From Bacteroidota bacterium (GTDB lineage: Bacteria > Bacteroidota > Bacteroidia > NS11-12g > UBA955), in NCBI GenBank assembly GCA_030833525.1, contig JAURGZ010000004.1, forward strand, positions 8,019 to 72,018: DNA of 64,000 nucleotides, read 5' to 3'. A model generated the notes under the pieces. It saw only the letters and a list, made by a program, of their open reading frames with translations. It was not told the origin of the DNA and ran no database searches. A program made the position numbers and the translations under genes. This document shows positions 57,176 to 64,000 of the stretch, piece after piece. Each line of letters begins with the position of its first letter. Within the stretch, counting starts at the first letter, position 1.

Positions 57176-57576
57176 TAACGAGCGCTTTCAAATAAGGTCT
57201 TCAACGATGCGGGAATGCGCATGGGTTTTAAACTTTCTTTCTGAACGAAGAATAAATCGGTTTGACCGGTGCAGCACAAGGTACCTTCTTGATTGCTGAC
57301 CCTATAGGCAAACTGGCATCGTACCGATATCTCTCCCAAAACGCTCACCTCTATGCTCAATAAGTCATCGTAGCGGGCAGCCTTGAGAAATTCGTGGTGC
57401 ATGCTGCGCAATGGCATGATAACACCCTCATCTTCCAACTCTTTGTAACTGATGCCCAGCGAACGCATATACTCGGTTCGGGCCTCTTCAAAGTACAAGG
57501 CGTAATTGGAGTGGTGCACAAATCCCATTCGATCGCATTCGGCATAGCGAACCCGTATTTGATGTATAAATGCCAT
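57175..57576 (-). CDS. Acyl-CoA thioesterase (YbgC/FadM family)
   Basis: IRVRYAECDRMGFVHHSNYALYFE.AR, ARYDD. ATG 57576 overlaps the upstream stop. Confidence 0.9.
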   Translation of the reverse strand: MAFIHQIRVRYAECDRMGFVHHSNYALYFEEARTEYMRSLGISYKELEDEGVIMPLRSMHHEFLKAARYDDLLSIEVSVLGEISVRCQFAYRVSNQEGTLCCTGQTDLFFVQKESLKPMRIPASLKTLFESAR

Positions 57577-58325
57577 TAGTATCTCAAAGTAAATTGTTCT
57601 GACGCTTGTTCGGGACGATCGAAGAGACAGATTGTCCAAAATAAATCCACGCCAATGTTAAAAGAATTAGAAAAACGCAGCCAGGAAGCCCAGTTACGGG
57701 TCGTCTCGCTATGTTGTACGTTGTAAATCCAAACCGATTGGGGCTTGACCGATAGGCGATCCCAACATTCAAACCACTCATCTTTGTTTTGACGGCTCAA
57801 CCAAACGGCGTCAATCAAAATCAAATCCTCGCGATCCCAAGTCAAATGCCAATCCAAATCAGCGTGAATTTGCCAAGATTGAGCCGGTTGAGCCACGAGA
57901 TCCAAGGTAGTTTGCAAATAAGGCAACCATCCAGCATGGTCCAAAAAAGCATGGACCTCGGGCTGAATCCCAGCCTCTAATTCCAGGCAATAGGCGGGTA
58001 GGAGGCCCAATCCAGTGCCATAATGCAGCAAACGCTGGGGTCTATGCTGAAGAATATGCTGACGCAGAAGCTGGCCGTATTTACTGGATGGCTCTCTTTC
58101 TTGAACCCAGGAATGCAAAGATTTACCCGCCTCAAAATCGAGTTTCTTTCGACTGTTAAGGGACTGGGTACGGGCCCATTCGACAAGATGATGGGAATGC
58201 AGCTTGGGTGCATACAGTACAGAATCAGCCCAGTGATACACAAAAGGAGAGTGGGTCCCGTGCAAGGAGTTGGACTTGATTAGGTAGCCCAAATAATCAA
58301 AGCCGGTGAAGACCTTATGAAGCAT
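57576..58325 (-). CDS. Class I SAM methyltransferase-like protein, divergent
   Basis: HGTHSPFVY, K.GQLL, P..LL.YGTGLG, LILIDA, VDLF, R.EQA.E.F..RY (Bacteroidota-conserved pattern). Confidence 0.6.
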   Translation of the reverse strand: MLHKVFTGFDYLGYLIKSNSLHGTHSPFVYHWADSVLYAPKLHSHHLVEWARTQSLNSRKKLDFEAGKSLHSWVQEREPSSKYGQLLRQHILQHRPQRLLHYGTGLGLLPAYCLELEAGIQPEVHAFLDHAGWLPYLQTTLDLVAQPAQSWQIHADLDWHLTWDREDLILIDAVWLSRQNKDEWFECWDRLSVKPQSVWIYNVQHSETTRNWASWLRFSNSFNIGVDLFWTICLFDRPEQASEQFTLRY

Positions 58326-60123
58326 GCTGGGAACGCGCATCGCGAAGCATGCGCGCTTCTTCTGAGGCTTTGGCCATTTGCTGTTTGAGTTGTTCTATTT
58401 TATCATCAAACTGCTTGAGAACAGCATCGGCATTCTTGGCCAAAGCAAAGAAGCTCTTGTTGTTTTCAATGGTCAAAATTTCTTCTTTGATTTTGGCAAT
58501 TCTATCTCGAATTTTTCGCTCTTCGGCATTCATGCGAGAATCAGCGTTGGGTCCTTGAACCAACTTGTCAATGTTGGTTTTCATTTGGGCTCTACGCTGA
58601 TTTTGAGCCGTTTCACGGTATTTGCCAAACAACTCATCGCAAAGCGCTCTGTATTTGTTGTTGAGCGAGTGAAAACGTTTTCCTGAAACAAAACCGGCCT
58701 CGTTCCATTCTTTTTGCAACCCTTTCAACTCTCCAAACATCTTGGAAATGTCAGACTCCGTTTTCAAAGCCTCCAATTTGACCAAGACCGCTTCTTTCAA
58801 TTGAACAGCGCCAGATTCCTGCTCCTTGCGCTCAGACATCCATTGCTTTCTGCGGGTGTAAAAATTGTCAAAAGCGGCTCTGAAACGGTTCCATATGCCT
58901 TCATTGTGCTCTTCGGGAACGGGGCCAATGGCTTTCCATTTATCTTGCAAGGCTTGAAGCGCATCGGCCGTTTTCTGAAAATCCTCGCTATCCTGCATGG
59001 ACTCAGCTTCAACACAAAGCTTCAATTTGGCGATTAAATTCTCTTCGCGAGCTGAATCCAACTGCTTAAAGAACTGCTTGCGCTCGGTGTAAAAACCATT
59101 GCGTGCGGTTTGAAAACGTTTCCAAATTTCTTCGTTTTGTTCAGCTGGGACAGGACCTATGGTTTTCCATTCTTCCATCCAAGCATCTACCTGTTTGGAA
59201 ACCTGTGACCATTCGCGAGGGCTGCTGGGAAGTGCCGCCAAGGCTGTTTCTGCCTTTTCAACAAGCAACATTTTCTGCTGCAAATTGACTTGGCGCTCGG
59301 CGTCAATACTGGCCTGTTGGGCCTTTTTAATTTGCAAAACTCCATCAGAAGCCGATTTGAAACGGCTCCAGATTTCTTCTGAAATCTCCTTGCGCACCGG
59401 GCCGGTATTCTTCCATTCTTCGTGGATTTTATTCAATCCAACCATGGCTTTGCGAATGCTGGATTCTTCTTTCAAAGCTTCGGTTCGCTTGATCAAATCG
59501 ATTTTGGTTTCGAGGTTTTTCTCGCGATCCAAATCTTTCAATTCCATGTAAATGGAATGGTTGTCGTAAAATTGATCTACCGCCAGTTTATAGGCTGCAT
59601 AGAGCTCTTCTTGATGCTCATGGGGTATGTGGCGAATTTCTTTCCATTGACGCATCAATTCCCGCATTTCACCCAATGAGCCTTCTGTTTCTTCATGGGC
59701 AGCCAATGCCTGGATTTGACCCAAAATGGACTGCTTGAGCTTCAGATTCTCCAATCGTTCTGCAATGGCCTGCTTGCGCTGTTCTTCTCGCTTGGCTTTA
59801 AAGGCCTCTACGGCTTCCTGCAATCGATTTTTCAGCGGATCGTGAGGTGGGACAAAATCGCGAACCTCTTTGCCCGATTCGATCCATTCTTTGATTTGCT
59901 GAGGTCTTTCACGCTCCAAACACTGATCAAATGCCCCTAACAGGGCGTCGAATACCGCTTGGCTATCATCCTCTAGCGGGGTATTGATCATGTTTTCAGC
60001 AAAGGCCAGCAAGGCTTCTTTGTCCATTTTGTGAAAGGCGTGGCGAACCGTTTGCGGGTCTGCTTGCATCAGGGATTCAGCCATCTGCAGTTCACTGCTG
60101 TAATTTTCAGCATGTTGGGTCAT
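58315..60123 (-). CDS. DUF349 repeat coiled-coil protein
   Basis: Repeated WK.(I/T)GPV......IW.RF and NL..K motifs. Confidence 0.9.
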   Translation of the reverse strand: MTQHAENYSSELQMAESLMQADPQTVRHAFHKMDKEALLAFAENMINTPLEDDSQAVFDALLGAFDQCLERERPQQIKEWIESGKEVRDFVPPHDPLKNRLQEAVEAFKAKREEQRKQAIAERLENLKLKQSILGQIQALAAHEETEGSLGEMRELMRQWKEIRHIPHEHQEELYAAYKLAVDQFYDNHSIYMELKDLDREKNLETKIDLIKRTEALKEESSIRKAMVGLNKIHEEWKNTGPVRKEISEEIWSRFKSASDGVLQIKKAQQASIDAERQVNLQQKMLLVEKAETALAALPSSPREWSQVSKQVDAWMEEWKTIGPVPAEQNEEIWKRFQTARNGFYTERKQFFKQLDSAREENLIAKLKLCVEAESMQDSEDFQKTADALQALQDKWKAIGPVPEEHNEGIWNRFRAAFDNFYTRRKQWMSERKEQESGAVQLKEAVLVKLEALKTESDISKMFGELKGLQKEWNEAGFVSGKRFHSLNNKYRALCDELFGKYRETAQNQRRAQMKTNIDKLVQGPNADSRMNAEERKIRDRIAKIKEEILTIENNKSFFALAKNADAVLKQFDDKIEQLKQQMAKASEEARMLRDARSQHAS

Positions 60124-60141
60124 GGTATTGTTATTGGGAAA

Positions 60142-60618
60142 TTAAAGTCGTTGCAAAAGATGGAGCAGGGTATCGGCCGCTTCTTGACCTTTGTCACCTA
60201 CCGAACCACCGGCGATTCGAGCCAGGGCTTGTTCTGTGTTCAGGACCGTCAAAACCCCGAAAATACAGGGCTTTTTATAATCCAAACCCACGCGCAAAAT
60301 GCCTTGGGTACAGGCCTGACTCACGAAGTCAAAATGAGGAGTATCGCCTTTTATTACGGCTCCTAAGCAAATGACACCATCCAGCTGGTGCTGCTCAAAA
60401 AGGGATTGGGCCCCTAAGGGAAGTTCAAATGCCCCTGGAACTTCTAACAAGCGAATGTGGTTGGCTTGGAAACCCAAATCCAACAATCGCGATTGTGCAC
60501 TGTGAAGCAGAGTGCCCACAATTTCTGCGTTCCAAGCCGTGTACACGATTCCCACCCTCGACGTATGAATCCACTCGAGTGAGGCAGGAGGCGAAACAGA
60601 AAAGGTAGAGCTTGACAA
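60142..60618 (-). CDS. ribH: 6,7-dimethyl-8-ribityllumazine synthase
   Basis: WN..I, VPGAFELP, GAVIKGDTPHFDFV, FGVLT...QA.AR, KG.EAA. TTG start. Confidence 0.93.
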   Translation of the reverse strand: MSSSTFSVSPPASLEWIHTSRVGIVYTAWNAEIVGTLLHSAQSRLLDLGFQANHIRLLEVPGAFELPLGAQSLFEQHQLDGVICLGAVIKGDTPHFDFVSQACTQGILRVGLDYKKPCIFGVLTVLNTEQALARIAGGSVGDKGQEAADTLLHLLQRL

Positions 60619-60646
60619 GGAGATACAGTAGCAGGAAGGAAACCTG

Positions 60647-61333
60647 TTAGTTCAATTCTCCAAGAAGCCCTTTGAGCTGATTGATATACATATCAGCATT
60701 TTGGACATCTTGACCCAATTCTTGAGAAAGGGGGTATTCGTCTTTCAAGACCTGCCAGCAGCGAAGTGCGGCTTTGTAATCTTTGTTCAATGTGTAGTGC
60801 TGTGCAGCTTTTACATAGTTGCGAGCCGTAAATTCATTGTCCCCCAACTTGGCAGCGCGCTCATACATCTTGGCAGCCTTGCCCATATCATTCAATTCTG
60901 AATAGCAAGCCGCTTGAGCAGCCAACACCTGGGGACCTAAAACCGCATCACCCATGCGAGCCAATTCCAGGTAATCCAAGGCCTTTTGAAACTCACCCGT
61001 ATGCAAATATGTCAAACCTGCCATCAAAGCAGCTTCACTACCTTTCTTGGTACCGCCAAACTCGTCGGCAATAGAAGGAGCAGAGGCTATTTTCAACGCT
61101 TTGTTACCATTCAATACCATCTGAGTGGAGTCGTTCATGAAATAATACTCCAATTTGGCCAACTTCTCGGCCGCCTTGCTTTCCTGAGCAGGCATATGAA
61201 CGCCGTACCAATAGTAGGAACCACCGGCTATGATGACGATAGCCGCACCGACCATTTGAACGGTTTTCTTATTCTGGTTGTAAAACGCTCCGGCAGATTG
61301 GCGGAGATTCTGGGTGATTTGTTTAAAATCCAT
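60647..61333 (-). CDS. Membrane-anchored TPR protein (YfgM-like)
   Basis: N-terminal TM segment, TPR-like AGL.YL..G.F..A..YL and A...Y.RA. Lies immediately upstream of ribH. Confidence 0.75.
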   Translation of the reverse strand: MDFKQITQNLRQSAGAFYNQNKKTVQMVGAAIVIIAGGSYYWYGVHMPAQESKAAEKLAKLEYYFMNDSTQMVLNGNKALKIASAPSIADEFGGTKKGSEAALMAGLTYLHTGEFQKALDYLELARMGDAVLGPQVLAAQAACYSELNDMGKAAKMYERAAKLGDNEFTARNYVKAAQHYTLNKDYKAALRCWQVLKDEYPLSQELGQDVQNADMYINQLKGLLGELN

Positions 61334-61381
61334 GGGAAATTCTAAGAGGGGGCGAATATAAGAATGTTTGACTTATGCCAA

Positions 61382-62368
61382 TCAATCTTGAATAAAGGGG
61401 TAATTGTCTTCTACGTAAACATCGCGGTAAAGCTCTGACGCATCAGGGTAGGGAGAGTTTTCAGCAAACTCCACACTGGCATTTACTTCAGCAACAATGG
61501 CATCTTCCATAGCTTCGAGTTCAGCTTCAGTCGCGTATTTCTTTTTCAAAATGGTCGCTTTGGTTGTTTCAATGGGATCTTTCTCCTTGTAAGCTTCCAG
61601 TTCTTCTTTGGTTCGGTATTTAGCCGGGTCACTCATGGAATGGCCGCGGTAACGATAGGTTTTGATCTCCAACAACGTTGGACCTTCACCCTTGCGAGCG
61701 CGTTCAGCCGCATCAGCAATGGCTTCGTGCACGGTTTCGCACTTCATTCCATCTACTTGAAAACTGGGCATATCATAAGCCGCCCCGATTTTGTAAATAT
61801 CCAGTACGTTGGTAGTGCGCGCCACGCTGGTTCCCATGGCGTATTCGTTGTTTTCGCAAATGAAGATGGCTGGCAATTTCCACAGCATAGCCATGTTGAA
61901 AGCTTCGTGCAAAGCACCTTGACGAACCGCACCATCGCCAAAGAAAGTCAGGCTGATGTTCTGGGTTCCTTGGTATTGTTCAGCGAAAGCCATACCGGCT
62001 CCCAACGGGATTTGAGCTCCTACAATACCATGGCCTCCAAAGAAGTTCTTTTCCTTAGAGAACATGTGCATGCTGCCGCCTTTTCCACCCGAACAACCCG
62101 TGGCTTTGCCATAGAGTTCAGCCATCACGCTATCTGCACTCATGCCCATGGCCAAAGCATGGCCGTGGTCACGGTAAGCCGTAATCACTTTATCATCAGG
62201 AGTAATGGCCGTCATCATGCCTGCCACAATGGCTTCCTGACCGATGTACAAATGGCAAAAACCTTTGATTTTTTGCTGACCGTACAACTGCGCCGATTTC
62301 TCCTCGAAACGGCGAACCAACATCATGGTTTTGTACCAATTCAGGTATTGTTCTTTGGTGAATTTCAT
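61382..62368 (-). CDS. pdhA: Pyruvate dehydrogenase E1 alpha subunit
   Basis: GFCHLYIGQEA, YRDH, GKGGSMH, GDGA...N (TPP motif), TYRYRGHSMSDP. TATCTTTG at 62391-62398. Confidence 0.96.
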   Translation of the reverse strand: MKFTKEQYLNWYKTMMLVRRFEEKSAQLYGQQKIKGFCHLYIGQEAIVAGMMTAITPDDKVITAYRDHGHALAMGMSADSVMAELYGKATGCSGGKGGSMHMFSKEKNFFGGHGIVGAQIPLGAGMAFAEQYQGTQNISLTFFGDGAVRQGALHEAFNMAMLWKLPAIFICENNEYAMGTSVARTTNVLDIYKIGAAYDMPSFQVDGMKCETVHEAIADAAERARKGEGPTLLEIKTYRYRGHSMSDPAKYRTKEELEAYKEKDPIETTKATILKKKYATEAELEAMEDAIVAEVNASVEFAENSPYPDASELYRDVYVEDNYPFIQD

Positions 62369-62410
62369 GAATAAGCTCAAAAAGTCGCGACAAAGATAGC
62401 CTCAAAAAGA

Positions 62411-63229
62411 CTAAATCTTGTCCTCAAGATTGCGAACTTGCTCGCGAATCAAACTCATTTCCCGTTGAATGATGCGAAGGGCAGGACCTACGTCATCGCT
62501 GCCCGCTTCTTTGGGCTCTTCGAATTTGGGATTGATGTAGTTGACAAACTTCCAAACTTCAAGCACATCTTGGATTTTGACATTGTATGGCTGATACTGA
62601 GGGTTGGTGCTGCAGAGCAATAGGCTCCCATCTTCTTCCATGCGGTTGTACACGACTTTGAAAACAATGCCTTCATCAGCGGTAACCACGATGTAGGGTT
62701 GCCCGTTTTTGATGTGATTCCAGTCTTGCAAATACTCACCGGTAACAAAAGCACCATCCAATACGGGAGGCATGCTATCACCTGAAATGGGGAAACTGCG
62801 GTATTTTCGATTTTGATTCAAGAATGGCAGCTTGAAAGCGGGCAGAACGCGAATAAAATCAGGGTCCGCATAGCCCGTGGCATAGCCCGCTTTGGCTTTC
62901 ACTGGCACCAATTCTACATTGTCTTCATTGTCAGAATCAACCGTGGTGGCCAAAACTCGAAGGCGCGTACCTTTTACGTCCAAATCAAAACCCTTTTCTA
63001 GCTGTGAGAGTTGACTCTCAGGCACCGATTCCAGGTCTAGGCGGATCAATTTATCGATGTTGACCTGATAAAAATCACTCAAACGAATGAGAACGGGAAT
63101 GCCCGGTTCGGCCACTCCATTTTCGTAACTATTGTAGGCAGACCGTGTAATTCCAAGCGTTTGTGCCACATCTTCTTGGCTGCGTTTTCTGCGTTTGCGA
63201 AGCAATTTTAGGTTGGTGGTTAGGAACAT
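62411..63229 (-). CDS. XRE HTH + S24 autopeptidase repressor (Bacteroidota non-canonical LexA-like)
   Basis: N-terminal HTH, Ala-Gly cleavage site KAKAGY, catalytic GDSM Ser and VFK Lys. Confidence 0.85.
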   Translation of the reverse strand: MFLTTNLKLLRKRRKRSQEDVAQTLGITRSAYNSYENGVAEPGIPVLIRLSDFYQVNIDKLIRLDLESVPESQLSQLEKGFDLDVKGTRLRVLATTVDSDNEDNVELVPVKAKAGYATGYADPDFIRVLPAFKLPFLNQNRKYRSFPISGDSMPPVLDGAFVTGEYLQDWNHIKNGQPYIVVTADEGIVFKVVYNRMEEDGSLLLCSTNPQYQPYNVKIQDVLEVWKFVNYINPKFEEPKEAGSDDVGPALRIIQREMSLIREQVRNLEDKI

Positions 63230-63322
63230 GACAAGATTTTTAACAGTACAATGGTGGTAAATTTAGCAAAATTTCATGGACTTGCAAATGCAGATGAAAT
63301 GAAGATAAAAAATCCAGAGCCT

Positions 63323-63330
63323 TACTTTTG
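63323..63330 (+). promoter_or_regulatory. -7 promoter element (TACTTTTG) for the EVE gene
   Basis: Exact TAnnTTTG match, 4 nt upstream of ATG 63335. Confidence 0.7.
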
Positions 63331-63334
63331 CTGC

Positions 63335-63748
63335 ATGAACCATTGGCTGATCAAATCAGAACCCTTCAAATACAGTTGGTCAACATTTGAAAAAGATGGG
63401 AAAACCTTTTGGGACGGGGTTCGCAATTACCAAGCACGAAACAATCTCAAAGCCATGGGACTGGGTGATTTGTGTTTGTTCTACCACAGCAACGAAGGCA
63501 AAGAAGTGGTAGGAATCGCCAAGGTCATCAAAACGCATTATCCCGACCCAACAGCTGATGACGAGCAGTGGGTCTGCGTGGATGTTGAGCCTTTCAAGAA
63601 GTTGACATCACCGGTGAGTTTGATTCTAATGAAATCAGATCCTAGGCTGCAGCAATTATCGCTGATCAAACAATCGCGATTATCGGTTTGCCCGGTCAGC
63701 CGTGACGAATTTGATATTATATTGCAACTGGCAAATGAAGGCGCCTAA
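63335..63748 (+). CDS. EVE domain protein
   Basis: WLIKSEP, WDGVRNYQARN, GD..LFYHS, YPDPT, RLSV.PV. Confidence 0.92.
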   Translation: MNHWLIKSEPFKYSWSTFEKDGKTFWDGVRNYQARNNLKAMGLGDLCLFYHSNEGKEVVGIAKVIKTHYPDPTADDEQWVCVDVEPFKKLTSPVSLILMKSDPRLQQLSLIKQSRLSVCPVSRDEFDIILQLANEGA

Positions 63749-64000
63749 ACTCTTGCTCGACCAACAGCGTATCGACCTTATAATCAAAAGGTTTTCAGCT
63801 CAATTGTTCGAACAAGGATGCAATCCCGATTCATTGGCCTTGGTGGGTTTACAGCCGCGAGGGGTTCAATTGGCTCAGCGAATCTTTCAAGAATTGACGC
63901 TTTTGGACCATCGCTTCCACTTGTATGGCGAGTTGGACCACACTCTTTACAGAGACGATATTGGTAGGGGAGAAATTCACTTACCCAAACCGTCTAACAT
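63735..64000 (+). CDS. pyrR: PyrR bifunctional regulator/uracil phosphoribosyltransferase; partial (runs off the right edge)
   Basis: Manual translation MKAPKLLLDQQRIDLIIKRF..QL.E...LVGLQPRGVQLAQRI...GELDHTLYRDDI. Confidence 0.8.
   Translation, partial: MKAPKLLLDQQRIDLIIKRFSAQLFEQGCNPDSLALVGLQPRGVQLAQRIFQELTLLDHRFHLYGELDHTLYRDDIGRGEIHLPKPSN

Noticed and set aside
63335..63748. EVE domain as part of a modification-dependent restriction system
   Set aside because: Stand-alone EVE with no fused or adjacent nuclease or ATPase; it overlaps pyrR.
1..64000. CRISPR arrays, tRNA/rRNA, IS elements, known riboswitches, alternative genetic code
   Set aside because: Intergenic spaces are all under about 170 nt, with no spaced direct repeats or recognisable RNA signatures by eye, and conserved genes translate intact in code 11. 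An Infernal/tRNAscan run would be needed to exclude small RNAs formally.

Overview
A densely packed chromosomal segment from a Bacteroidota bacterium. The assignment rests on TAnnTTTG -7 promoters, no obvious Shine-Dalgarno sites, type IX secretion C-terminal domains and Bacteroidota-typical gene families. It carries about 62 CDSs, mostly housekeeping: maeB, rseP, hscB, pyrC, trxA, purN, recF, dnaE, phoH, purC, dapD, dnaX, a ccmC-D-E-F cytochrome c maturation operon, ribH, pdhA and pyrR. There are also two two-component systems, two T9SS-secreted surface proteins, a Cys-rich uORF/HMA/TonB-receptor metal locus and an XRE-S24 (LexA-like) repressor. I saw no rRNA, tRNA, CRISPR array, transposase or prophage. 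The most interesting signals are regulatory or recoding features. (i) An A10 tract in dnaX has stops in both shifted frames, suggesting tau/gamma recoding. (ii) A candidate metal-sensing arrest-peptide uORF precedes an HMA chaperone and a TonB receptor. (iii) Many -7 promoter elements sit only 3-8 nt from start codons, suggesting widespread leaderless mRNAs, and some promoters are bidirectional or overlap stop codons. (iv) The ccm operon is of the System I* type (CxxxY CcmE), with an inserted periplasmic domain in CcmC and a CcmD missed by the ORF track. (v) Several enzyme homologues look catalytically degenerate. All calls come from reading motifs by eye; no database searches were run.
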